Below are positions 1 through 11,660 of a stretch of 64,000 bases of DNA, in pieces. The stretch lies in the NCBI RefSeq assembly GCF_004010195.1, contig NC_057719.1, forward strand, positions 37,324,138 to 37,388,137, given 5' to 3'. Source of the DNA: Chiloscyllium plagiosum. Taxonomy: Eukaryota. The notes beneath the pieces are model-generated. The model searched no databases, was not told the origin of the DNA, and saw only the letters and a list, made by a program, of their open reading frames with translations. The translations under genes were made by a program, and so were the position numbers. Position 1 is the stretch's first letter. The number at the start of each line of letters is the position of its first letter.

Positions 1-584
1 GAAAATACCACAAAAAACTCTTTGGACAACTGTAACCACACTGCAAATTTTTGTACTGTAAGCACGTAATCAAATAGTGGGGGCTGTTTCTCCACCATTG
101 TAAAAGAACGGACCAGCATATTAATAGAGTTAACTGTTTTATGAATTTATCCCATGGTGAGCGAGTCCCATGTTAAGATTAACTAAGACATTTCCGTTTA
201 ACATCAATAGGGGATGCTCTAATCTAGCCTTTGACTTTATTTTGTCACTTGCTGCAACAGTTGTTTGGAATCAAACTTGTGTTGTGGAGCATTGCCAGAA
301 CTGGGGCCTACACAACTTAAAGCAGTGATGGCCTGTGGTGAAGCGAGTTAAATTGAGGGTGCACAAGGTGGCATAATTGAAGGAACACAGGGGTTTCCAG
401 GGGGTTGTCAGGCTGAAGATGGTAGGATGATGCTGTGAGGGTATGAAAGCAAGGATGAGAATTTTAATATTCAGGTATTGCAAATGTCTCTCACTTACTT
501 TTTGGTCACATGAATTGTCCTTTTAAAAATAACTTACAAATCAAACTAACTTTAATTTAGAATATAGAAAATGTATATACTCAC

Positions 585-672
585 AATACAAGATCTCATA
601 GTCTCCCGAATTAGACATTAAATACTGTGAGTCAGTTGACCAGTCAAGATGTGTGATAAAACTTGAGTGACC
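585..672 (-). CDS. EML1: EML1 exon, 88 nt (GHSSFITHLDWSTDSQYLMSNSGDYEILY)
   Basis: caatag| and |gtgagt; in frame. Confidence 0.96.
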
Positions 673-929
673 CTATTGGTGGGGTGGGGTAGGGGTTTGT
701 CAGAGGAAACAGAATGACATCTTGATTATACATAATCCCACTAGCACACTCGACCTCTGTGCTAGTATTTGAAATATTACATACATCTTATAAGGCAAGC
801 TCTGCACAATTATCAATGCCTTCAGTGAAATTTCTTACAGGACTATAAAAGGTGCTGGTTCTAAAGTGAGTGAGTAATATGAATGGGATTAGTGTAAAAG
901 GGCTGCTATTGGATCAGCTGCTCATCATA

Positions 930-2450
930 CACTCCCAATCTTCATTTCTAATGGGTTTTCTCATGGATGAACTGAAACCATTTCCAGTGTATACCGACAC
1001 CTAATGGATGGAGTAAAGCTAGATTTTCAGAAGGTAGGCAATTGATTCACAAAACTAAAACACGTGATAAGAGGTAATGTAATGATTGCATAACAGACAG
1101 AGAACAGCGAGCAGGAATAACTGGGTTATTCTCACACTGGCAGGTTGTGACTAGCAGAGTACCTCAAGGATCAGTACTTGGGTCCCAACTGTTCACACAG
1201 ATATATATTAATATACTTATCAATGACTTGCATTTAGAGTCTTAGAGTCAAAGAGATGTACAGCACAGAAACAGACCTTTCGGTCCAATTCATCCATGCT
1301 GACCAGATATCCCAACCCAATCTAGTCCCATCTGCCAGCACCTGGCCCATATCTGTCCAAACCCTTCCTATTCATATACCCATCCAGATGCCTTTTACAG
1401 GTTGCAATTGTACCAGCCTCCACTACTTCCTCTGGCAGCTCATTCCACCCACACACCACTCTCTGCATGAAAACATTGCCCCTGACATCTCTTTTATATC
1501 TTTTCCCTCTCACCCTAAACCTATGCCCTCTAGTTCAGGACTCCCCCACCCCAGGGAAAAGACCTTGCCTATTTACACTATCGATGCCCTTCATGGTTTT
1601 ATAAATTCTCTATAAGGTCACAGAGGACCAAACATAATATTTCTAAATTTGTAAATGTTACAAAGCCAAGCAGGAGTGCTTGGTGGGAGGAAGATATAAA
1701 ATGTTTTCAGGAGGATTTGGACAGGCCTAGTGAGTTGGCAAGATCATGACAAATGAAATACAGTGTGAAAAAATGCGGAGGTTACCCACTTTGGTAGGAA
1801 GAACGCCAATGTGCCGAATTTTCTTAATAAGTGAGAGATATGTGTGTTCTTACCAATAAGCAGCTGAGAGCTAACACGCAGGTGCAGTAAACTATTAGCA
1901 AGGCTAATTGAACGACAGCCTTTATCACGAAGATTTGAGTACAGGAGTAGTGAAGTCTTGCTTCAATTGTAGGTGAGCATATTGAGAGTGCACCTGGAGT
2001 ACTGTATGCAGTTTTGGTCTCTTTACCTCAGGAAACATATAATTGCCATAGAGGGAGTGTAACAAAAGTTCACCAGACTTGTTCCTGGGTTGGCAGTACT
2101 GTCCTATGAAGTGTGATTGGGAAGCTGGGCCTGTTATCTCTACAGTGTTGAAGAATGAGAGGTGATCTCATTCAAACTTACAAAATATTTACAAGAATAG
2201 ATACGGTATCCTGTAAAATAAGTGGGAAGTCAGTAGGACAGAACTAAGGAGACATTTCTTCACCCAGAAGGCAATAAATGTTTGTAATTCTCTTCCCAAA
2301 AAGTTGTGAAAATTCAGTCTTTGAACATATTTAAAATAACAGTTGATACAGTTTTGATTATCAATGGTGAATATAGTTATAGGGATAGTGTGGATAAAAG
2401 GCACTGAAGTGTTTGATCAGCCATAATCATGGGCAGGATGGCCTAATTAG
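930..2450 (+). mobile_element. Old CR1-type LINE RT/3' fragment, interrupted by a younger copy
   Basis: Degenerate VTSRVPQGSVLGP, INDL...ISKF, HLEYCMQFWS and RGDLIQTYK motifs. Confidence 0.85.
1236..1620 (-). mobile_element. Young CR1/HER1-type LINE 3' end
   Basis: ORF 1322..1513 RGNVFMQRVVCGWNELPEEVVEAGTI; 3' UTR with a short tandem tail. Confidence 0.9.
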
Positions 2451-2543
2451 TACGTAACACTACTCTCACTGATTTAATAAACCACTGTTCTAACACAAAA
2501 ACAACATGCATTGCAGTTTCAACTTTTATTAAATGCAACTTAC

Positions 2544-2641
2544 TGAGCATTTACCAACTCGGCTGTATTTTCTGCCATTTTCATTAACTGTGTAGATGTA
2601 AATATAATTATCATGGGAGCCAATTGCTAAGTAATTTCCCT
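2544..2641 (-). CDS. EML1: EML1 exon, 98 nt (EGNYLAIGSHDNYIYIYTVNENGRKYSRVGKCS)
   Basis: ttttag| and |gtaagt; overlaps ORF 2529..2726. Confidence 0.96.
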
Positions 2642-4197
2642 CTAAAAAAAGCACAAAGTAGAATAGATTACTCATAATGAAATTGGAATAAACCTGTGCA
2701 GTTAGAAAGTACAATGTCCCACTCAACTAAAACAAAAGGTCACTGGTTGACATTGCTAATAGTACAGGAATATCAGTTAAAGATTACTATCACAAAAATC
2801 ATCCTTCACCAGTTTTGATTACTTTTAATCCTATCATGCAGTCACTATATTTCGATGACTGTCCGTGTCACATTCAGAATTAAGCTTGATATTGTCAATG
2901 ATATAATGCTGACATAAATATGATTATTTGTCCTGACGCAGACTTGTGATTGTATCAGCAAAGACTAACATTAAACACTTGTAATGCTAATTGTATTTTT
3001 GATTCAAACCAAAAAAGAGTTACATCTAATTAGGGTGCCAGCAAATACACATTTTGCTGAAGTTACTTAAATACTAATTGTCCAATTCTCTCTCTCAACC
3101 TTTAACATGAAGCTACCTGTCAGGTTATTCTGCAGTTGGTAGTCAGATCTTCAATATTTACATTAGCATCTCTCACATGCAAACTACAGAGGAAATTATG
3201 TAAATAAAAACAATAGACCTCAGAAATACTAAATATGAATTTTCTTAGAAATTGAAATCTGGAACCAAAAATTGATAATAACACAAAGACATTTTTAAAC
3301 ACAAGAGCCAGAAAATTGAAACAGTGCAGCTTTAGTAAGAGCTAACAACCATTTGGAGCCACAAGTCAGAGGATCAAGGTTAGTCTTAGAACCAACAACA
3401 ACAAAATCGAAAACAAAGAGACTGCCAATCAAGGCATTCTAGACATTTGAATATCTAACATTTGCTGATAATCAGACTCCTTTCTCCTTCCTGAAGAAAT
3501 TTGGTCAGCCGGGCTGTAAACAGCATATGGTCTCCTGTCAGAATTACTGTTTGCCAGCCATTTCTTACACAGTTACACAGCAGCTACAGGGAAGTTGGTG
3601 ATATGAATAGTCTGTCATCAATGGTAAACTATCGTGATGTGAGAACACAAAAATACATTGATAGAAAATTTATTCAGGAAACAAAGAACAGTAATGTAAA
3701 TTCTGAAAATATATAGCTTAGAAAACACCTGAGTGGACAATTCTTGTCAAGATCAGAGACCAAGATCTTGCAGAAAAAAAAACAGACAAAAATGATTTAA
3801 ATGTTTGAAATTCATTTTAGCAAAAACAATCCTAGAATGGCACAATATAAAAATAAGATCAGTAAACCCATCACAGCTTTGTTGAGCTACCCCACCGGTC
3901 TTAGATATCTATACTTTCCATTTTTTTTAAATCAAGGTTTTGTTTTATTTTCCAAATGAAAAGCAATAATTATTGAAAATGAAAAACTTGATCTGTGCTG
4001 TGGTGATAAGTTACTTCTAGCACATCAACTAGAACATTTAAAAAATAATCACTACTAAAGCGAAAATAATAATTTCCCAATACACATCTATAAATCTTAA
4101 GCTGTGAGAAGTTACACCAGTCAGTGAAGAGGTTTTGGAATAATTTCTTCTTTGCTAAATATAAGCTTCTAGTGAACTATTTAAAAGTGGTGGTTAC

Positions 4198-4286
4198 CTG
4201 GTGAATAACGCATGACTGAGAGCTGTTCGTTTCCATCTGTGTGAACGGTCACCAGATCCTTTGACTCTGTATCCAGAACTAACCAC
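4198..4286 (-). CDS. EML1: EML1 exon, 89 nt (WLVLDTESKDLVTVHTDGNEQLSVMRYSP)
   Basis: ttccag| and |gtaacc; in frame. Confidence 0.96.
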
Positions 4287-4521
4287 CTGGAAAATCAAAT
4301 GATTATTCCATTGAAGCCTAATTAAGTCTACCAAACAACCTCAAGTGCAGAGTGAATCAGATTGCCTATCAACTTTTGCTGGCATTACTGTACATACGGG
4401 TTTGTATGTTTGCAGTTTTGAAGTCCTGTCTCCATTTCCAGTCAATATGATTTCATACTTGTAGGAAAAGGGGATGGAGTGGGAATTGCATAAATATAAA
4501 ACACTAATCTACTGGGCATGA

Positions 4522-5481
4522 TTCGGAGATGCCGGTGTTGGAATAGTATAAAGTTAAAAATCACACAACACCAGGTTATAGTCCAACAGGTTGAATTGGA
4601 AGCACACTAGCTTTTGGAGCGACGTGGCAGGTATTCATGTGACTCAGCCAATGTTGTCTATCTTATACGTTACAGGCAAGGATGCCCGGAGGCAAGGTAC
4701 ATTGGGGAAACCGAGCAAAGGCTACGACAACAGATGAATGGGCACCGCACAACAGTCAACAGACAGGAGGGTTCCCTCCCAGTTGGGGAACACTTCAGTG
4801 GTCCAGGACATTCAGCCTCGGACCTTCGGGTGACCATCCTCCAAGGTGGACTTCGGGACAAGCAGCAGAGGAAAGTGGCCAAGCAGANNNNNNNNNNNNN
4901 NNNNNNNNNNNNNNNNNNNNNNNNNNNNNNNNNNNNNNNNNNNNNNNNNNNNNNNNNNNNNNNNNNNNNNNNNNNNNNNNNNNNNNNNNNNNNNNNNNNN
5001 NNNNNNNNNNNNNNNNNNNNNNNNNNNNNNNNNNNNNNNNNNNNNNNNNNNNNNNNNNNNNNNNNNNNNNNNNNNNNNNNNNNNNNNNNNNNNNNNNNNN
5101 NNNNNNNNNNNNNNNNNNNNNNNNNNNNNNNNNNNNNNNNNNNNNNNNNNNNNNNNNNNNNNNNNNNNNNNNNNNNNNNNNNNNNNNNNNNNNNNNNNNN
5201 NNNNNNNNNNNNNNNNNAGAATGCAACTTTAAAAAAAAGGGTTTTGTGATTTACACATGAAAGAAGTGAAACTTTCACTGTATTCTAACAGATGAAAGGC
5301 TTAACAGACAATCAATTCTTCAATGTATAATTTCAGTTACATCACACTGCAAATTTTTGCTATAAATTCTGTGTTACGATCGAGCCCGCCACAATCACCT
5401 GATGAAGGAGCGTCGCTCCGAAAGCTAGTGTGCTTCCAATTAAACCTGTTGGACTATAACCTGGTGTGTGATTTTTAACTT
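4522..5481 (+). mobile_element. Penelope-like element: GIY-YIG endonuclease fragment, 3' pLTR, and inverted pLTR piece at the 5' end
   Basis: ORF 4614+: NVVYLIR...YIGETEQRLRQQMNGHR...PVGEHF. Bases of about 4551-4625 are the reverse complement of about 5410-5481. Hammerhead core near 5399-5428. Contains an N gap. Confidence 0.9.
4888..5217. other. Assembly gap (N run)
   Basis: N bases. Confidence 0.99.
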
Positions 5482-5651
5482 AGTCTACTAGGCCATTTGA
5501 AATCAGTGCTGGAGTTTAACAGATTCCATTTATGTTGTTCTAAGGGCCTTAACCCACAGTGTGGGAATCTTGAATTGATAGAAAAGATGTAACATTCTAG
5601 AATGGCAGATAAAATCTCTTCCAATATTAAGTTTAAAGTTATTTAGAGAAT

Positions 5652-5875
5652 CAGTTTAGCTCAGTTGGCTGGATTGCTGGTTTATAGAGCAATGTGATGC
5701 CAACAATGTGGGTTCAATTCCCATCACTGGTTTGAGGTTACCATGAAGGACTCTCCTTCTCAACCTCTTCCCTTGCCTGAGGTCTGGTGGCCCTCAGGTT
5801 AAATCACCACCAGTCACTTCTCTCTAATAAGAGAGCAGCCCCTATTGTCTGGTAAGACTATGGTGACACAACAAC
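5652..5875 (+). mobile_element. tRNA-derived SINE, second family (another copy at about 56145-56350, minus strand)
   Basis: tagctcagttgg and gggttcaattccc boxes; shared body ccttctcaacctc...ctcaggttaaatcaccaccagtca...gactatgg. Confidence 0.75.
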
Positions 5876-8287
5876 AAAAGTTATTTAAAACCATAGCCTT
5901 CTAAAAATGAAACAATTTAAAGCTGTCAACTAAAGGAAGCATAAAACACAATCTTTTGAAGAGCACTGATTGACAGGCCAATTGTTATATAAATTGCCAT
6001 CTATTCATATAGTTTCAATAGAGTCCATTATTGACATTTTCCAAGGACTAGGCTACTTCTGAATGTTTGGGTGAGTTTCACAGGTTCAAAACTAAGTATT
6101 TGAAAAATTAGGGTTGAGCTCACATATGATTGACTATTTTAAAGAAGCTATTAAAGGATTACATGCCTTTGATGTAGTTACTGAATAGAATTTTTGCTTG
6201 CTTTTATAATGATTTGACTCCTTGAGGGGATTTAAAATTTTTCAACAGCTTTCATGATTGAAATTATTCAGTCTCACATGTTAAAAAAAGACAGCTCTAC
6301 TAGATTGTTAAAGATTTATTGTTTTCATTCGCACCTTTCTCCTGAGTTCTGTCGATACTGGGTAATATTCAAGGAGCCTGTATGGGAGGTGTCAAATTGT
6401 ATGGAAGGAGCATGTGGGGTTTGGGAGAATGAGGGTTAAAGGTTACAGGGCCTAACGTTTTACAAAATGGGGTGGATTCTCATGGAACTGAGATGAGCTA
6501 TCTAACTCATCCATCTTGGTTCTCGCTCACCTCCAAGGCTGCCTCTGAGTGGCCTCCAGAGGCAGAAGAGCCAATGGAATGAGGCTGGTGCTTTCCTGGA
6601 ACAAACTCTGCATGCAACAGAATTCTTTATACTGAAACAGATCAGCCAACTCAGGAAATCTCCAACTTGAATTATTTGTCTCAGTAGTGAAAATCTAGTC
6701 CTTAAAGTTAAGCCACTTTAGGACAGGACGGCGAAAATGGAGTTGTTCTATTTATGAAGAAAATCGTATGCACAATCCACCGTGTTGAACAATCACCACC
6801 ACAGGAGATTTTATTGTGTAACTGATCACAGTCACAAAACACAGATTTTGTTTGTGTTACTCTTCTTTCAGTTTGGTTGGATCTCAGGTTAGATGATTTA
6901 TTACTGCGTGCCCAACAATAACAGATACTGATGACAATTAGTTTTTGCTCGGTAATACTGGAGTTTGCAGTTACACTACTAACATCTACCTGACAAAGTG
7001 AAAAATTGCCCAGGTATGTCCTGTCCCCAAAAAGCAGGATAAAGCAGTTTGAGAAGATAACTCACCACCACCTCATCCAGGGCAACTAGGGTCAAGCAAT
7101 AAATGCTGGCCAGACAGTGGCACCCACATCCCACGAATGAATAATGATATTAAAAAAATCATTTCCATTGGTACGATTTAAACAGGTACATGCATTGTTT
7201 ATCAAATAGTTCCAAATGATTGGTCTGTCCAAATCTACCATATTTCTATTAGCATTTAAAATGACTAATTTGTACTTAAAAACCATTGCAAAGTGGTCTT
7301 TATTCATTCAAATATACAACACATTACAGTGCTGGCAGCCACTCCTTGGCTTACCAATAGGTTAGACTTTTGTTGCAGAACTCTCTAGTTCAAGCAAAAA
7401 AACCAGAAATTCTTGATTATTTCCTCTTCTAATATAAACGATGATTGAAATCATAGGGCGTAAGTTTTCAGGTCTTCATGTGGCAAGTCGATATAATTTT
7501 GCTGAGATGGTAGCAGATAGGAATCCCACCATCTTCCTGAACCTACCCTAACAAAGTTAATGATGACTGAAGGGCAATCATTTTCTTTCTGGGGTGCAAT
7601 CATTTTGGCTGCAGGTGAGATGAGAAACAGTCAGCTTACATTGGGTTGGGGGTGGGAGGGTAAAGTCCCTCAATATGCCCTCAGTTGGGATAAATCCTAT
7701 GACGGAGGTGGAGTGGCGGGCGGGGGGGGGGTTGCCTTTGCGAACCACCCACCTGACCTCACTTCCCATCCTCCTGACCCCACCTCTCTTTCTGCCACCC
7801 AAACATTTGAAATCACCACTGCCACCTGCCACCAAACAACACTCAGTTTTACCATCAGCAATCCTCCATCCTGGTTATCCAAGTATTTTGTCATGTTGCA
7901 ACAATGTAACCTCCACCACAGAACTGCTCAATTCTTGGCATACCAGCCTCTGATTGGCCAGCAGCTCTAGGAAGGCAGGGTTTCCTGCTCCAGGATCTTA
8001 ACCTTTTTTTAGAAGGCCCACCAGCAGCCAATCAGCTACCAGATTGCCAGAAGATCCCCAGTGGGTTTTCTCACCTTAGTAGGCTTCAGGCTCCTTCCTT
8101 GAAACTCTCCCACTTCTAAAAATAAGGTCTCGGCTATAATTGTTTTTAACTTTAGAAATTTCATCTGTGCATAACAAATTTTATTTACTTTTTTCCGCTC
8201 TAAATTTATATTAATAAATACCTTAAACAAAACAGCAGTTGTCATTGTCGAGACTGACTGATGCAGAAGCTTCTTATTCACACTCAC

Positions 8288-8355
8288 CTTCCAGTTTGAG
8301 TTCCTATAGCAACAACACATCCTGATGGGTGAAAACCAGCAGACTGAGCTGGGTC
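8288..8355 (-). CDS. EML1: EML1 exon, 68 nt (DPAQSAGFHPSGCVVAIGTQTGR)
   Basis: ttctag| and |gtgagt; in frame. Confidence 0.95.
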
Positions 8356-8940
8356 CTAGAATTTCAAGAAAACATATTCAGAAGCACAGACTGTTAGTAA
8401 TAGACTAATTGAACCCCACAGCGCTGAGAGGTTTTAAATCTGATTTGTTTGAACATGTACAGTAATTATGTAGGTGGAATGTTTCCTGCTAAGCACACAT
8501 TTCCTTACAATAACAGTGTTTTAATAATTAAACGATGCTTCAACCATATCGTAGATTTGCTGTGCAAAAGCCTGCTTCTTCCCACTAGTTAAAGTTATTT
8601 AAATACTAGGCAAAACTCATTTGAATGGCTTAAATCAAATTTATCTTTTTGATCTCTGTTTTCAATTCTCCTCCATTATTCCTGTTTTGCTTGTCCTAAA
8701 CTCTAAGTGCACCTTCCTACATGTTTCTTCCCCTATTATTTTGCTATTAACAGTCATTCTTTGGTGAAACTTTGCCTGAATCTGGAACTTTTTATTTTCC
8801 TCCACAAGCTTTTAAAACGTAAAGTTCTAACTAATTCTTCAATAATCTCATAGTTTTGCCATTCGTTTCAAGCTGGGTAATGCTATGCAATAATCCAAGT
8901 TTTCCAATTTCCAATAAGAAAATCGATGAAGTAAAGATAC

Positions 8941-9072
8941 CTCTATGATTTTGCTCCATATGGTCTGATGGGCGACAGCATCCCATAGAGTGATATGTTT
9001 GTCATGTCCACATGTTAGGAACTGTTCCTTATTTGGATGACTGGCCAAACCCCACAGTTCATCTGTGTGACC
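8941..9072 (-). CDS. EML1: EML1 exon, 132 nt (GHTDELWGLASHPNKEQFLTCGHDKHITLWD...KIIE)
   Basis: atgtag| and |gtatct; WD40 repeat. Confidence 0.96.
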
Positions 9073-9864
9073 CTACATGTATTGTAAAAGAAGTAATGCA
9101 AATGAATGCTTTTGAAATCAATCTGGAGAGCTAAAATTAAAAAAAAAATCCAGAGATCAAATTCAGAATAACACAGGCAATGCCTGGGGAGAGAAGGAGA
9201 ATATAAACATGATTTGCTGTGACAAGGTTACCTAAAATAATTTCTTTGGTCATTTATCTCTCAGCAAAATAAAATTAGCAATAATAACAATGGATATGAA
9301 ATATTACTGGCCAGCTTGGTCTTAGTTTGAGAAGTTTGATACATTTATCGTCTAAAAGGATTTCTCTGGTTAACAGGATTGCAAGTGGGTAGCCTGCACA
9401 AAGAGGGACTAATTCTCTCCAAGACACTACAGTTGACTGCTCACTAATGTCTTCAAATGTCATTGAATATTTATTACTAAGAAGATTCATTGGTCACTGT
9501 GCATGATGAACAATAAAAGCAAATGTCGCCTCCCCAGCTGCAGTGAACCGAAATACTAGAGCAGCAATTGAAATTCACACTGTTGCCCATTATCTTTGCA
9601 GTGTTATACCATAGCCAAGAATAATGTCAGAGATGGAAAGCCAACCTGCTCTGGGCCTTACAAAAAAATGGGTATAAATCTCAAGTCTGAATGGTCACTT
9701 TGACTGTGGCAGGTTCCACATGAGTGATTTGCAATTGGAATTAATCAGGGGTAGAATTGAGAATGGTTTATGCCCTATGGTTGCAACTGCAGTAATGATT
9801 TATGAAGATTCCTTCCAGCAACCCAAGGAAACTGCAGGCATGTTTTGTAATCATCTGCTCCTAC

Positions 9865-9990
9865 CTGGGTGATAGGGTGAAAGTCTCCAGATAAAGTGCC
9901 TTGTAGAATGAAATTCCTTGTTGTGCCAATTAACAATACTTCTCCCCTTCCTTTAGTCACTGTCCTCACTGGACCAAACTGCTCAGGAAC
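9865..9990 (-). CDS. EML1: EML1 exon, 126 nt (VPEQFGPVRTV...GDFHPITQ)
   Basis: atgaag| and |gtagga; overlaps ORF 9775..9996. Confidence 0.95.
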
Positions 9991-10485
9991 CTTCATTAAA
10001 AAGAAGAAGGGTTAACAGTCAGATTCTATGTAAGTCTGACCAACACAAGAAATGCTATTTACCCTGTTGACAGGATGATTGTAATATCAAAATAACAGTG
10101 ATACGGAATCACACTTACACACTGGATATACTTGTATTATTGCACTAAACTTTTGGCAGAGTTTAAGACTATTGGCGTCACAGGATAGAGATGTTATCAT
10201 CTGGTTCCACGGACCTATTCATTTTTGGCATTTTAAAAATGTAACTCTGCAACTGATAATATTTAGATAATCAAAGTGGCATTTCTTCACCATATGAAAG
10301 GTATTACTTTATTTTATCTTATAAAACAGACAAGCAAAGCAGCAGTGGAGATGACAAAGCACTTATTACTAGCGAGGACATTTTATTTTCCTGTTTTTCA
10401 GGGTCAAACACCATCCCTAAATTGAGTGTACAGAAGTTTCCTCTACTTTATCCAACAATGGGTATACTTGATTATTTGATATAGT

Positions 10486-10680
10486 AAGTTAAAAATCACA
10501 CAACACCAGATTATAGTCCAACAGGTTTATTTGAAAGCACTAGCTTTCGGAGCGCTGCACCTGATGAAGGAGTAGCGCTCCGAAAGCTAGTGCTTTCAAG
10601 TAAACCTGTTGGACTATAATCTGGTGTTGTGTGATTTTTAACTTTGTACATCCCAGTCCACCACCAGCGTATCCAATTCA
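10486..10680 (+). mobile_element. Miniature fold-back Penelope pLTR insertion with a 13-bp target-site duplication
   Basis: 71-bp inverted arms 10486-10556 and 10574-10644; direct repeat ttgatatagtaag at 10476-10488 and 10681-10693; same family as 4522-5481. Confidence 0.88.
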
Positions 10681-11284
10681 TTGATATAGTAAGCTGTTGT
10701 TACAGTGAGGTCAGCAAGTAGCTTGAAATGACCTAAACTTACTTTCCATATGATGATAAGAGGTATTCACTTAATCTGGGCAGGATTTGGAGGCAGGCCT
10801 ATTCAGTTCTTAGCTTGTTTTTATTTTAGAACATACACATATATAAATAAAGAAGTTTGGTGAGGGTTAAGATGAGAAATAAGTTACTTTTTACATTTAA
10901 CCTTGAGCAACATTAAAGTGGACATTATTTGAATTAAACCAATGGAAATAATCTTTCTGGAAAGTTTTTAAATCAATGCCAAGAGATGATCAATCAGACA
11001 CTTAAAAACAAGTTGGATAATGCAGTAGCAGGAGACGCAATGCCCCAAATCAAGGAGATTTAGTCCTCTGAATGTATTTTTGAAAACTAACTGCTTTTTA
11101 TAGTCATAAATCTGGGTGGAGAGGCCCAGTTTGATTCAAACAAATTACTTCTAATTTTGAAGAGTTTGTTTGCTAACACAAAAAATGTTTACAATATTGC
11201 CAAGTGCTAAAAATAATTATACTCACAAACGTATTTGCTTTTAAAACATAGAGCAAGCTCCAACATACGTTACTGATTAAGCAA

Positions 11285-11660
11285 CAACTACATTTTAAAA
11301 TTCATTTCCTTGTTTACAAATCCTTCCAAAACCTTGTTCCTCTCTATCTTTGCAATATCCGCCAACCCCACAATCATTCAAAATAGCCATGTTCCTCTAA
11401 CTTTGGAAACTTGAGCATCCATGATTTTAAACATTCCATCAATGGTGACCATTCCTCCAGCTACCACAGTTCTAAGCTCTGGAACTGCTTCCCGAAATCT
11501 CTCCATCCATCCTTCTTTATAGTACTTCTTAAAAAATTTCTCTTCTTTGATCAAGTTTTTAGTCTTTGGTCAGCCCCAATTCTCTCATTTGGCTTGGTGC
11601 CAAATCTTGTTCAACAACTCTCTTGGTCAGTGCCTTAGGATATCTTACTATCTTAAAAAT
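11285..11660 (+). mobile_element. L2-type LINE 3' relic (similar pieces at about 290-480 and 54905-55260 on the minus strand)
   Basis: Degenerate FKI..LV.K and KLWNCFP (LWNSLP-like) C-terminal motifs. Confidence 0.6.

Noticed and set aside
4614..5278. Long ORFs on both strands
   Set aside because: Their length is inflated by the N gap; only the GIY-YIG fragment is meaningful.
5652..5730. tRNA-like A/B boxes here and at about 21730, 21885, 24000 and 32630
   Set aside because: They are SINE heads. I see no intact cloverleaf and each continues into a repeat body.
7450..8050. GC-richer segments (also about 6440-6600 and 49650-50240) with short ORFs
   Set aside because: They look like old unclassified dispersed repeats. 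I found no splice or frame support and cannot assign a family.
8933..8940. Donor GTATCTTT resembling a U12 5' splice site
   Set aside because: It lacks the second C of GTATCC, and I saw no CCTTRAC branch point before the next acceptor at 8356. Treated as U2.
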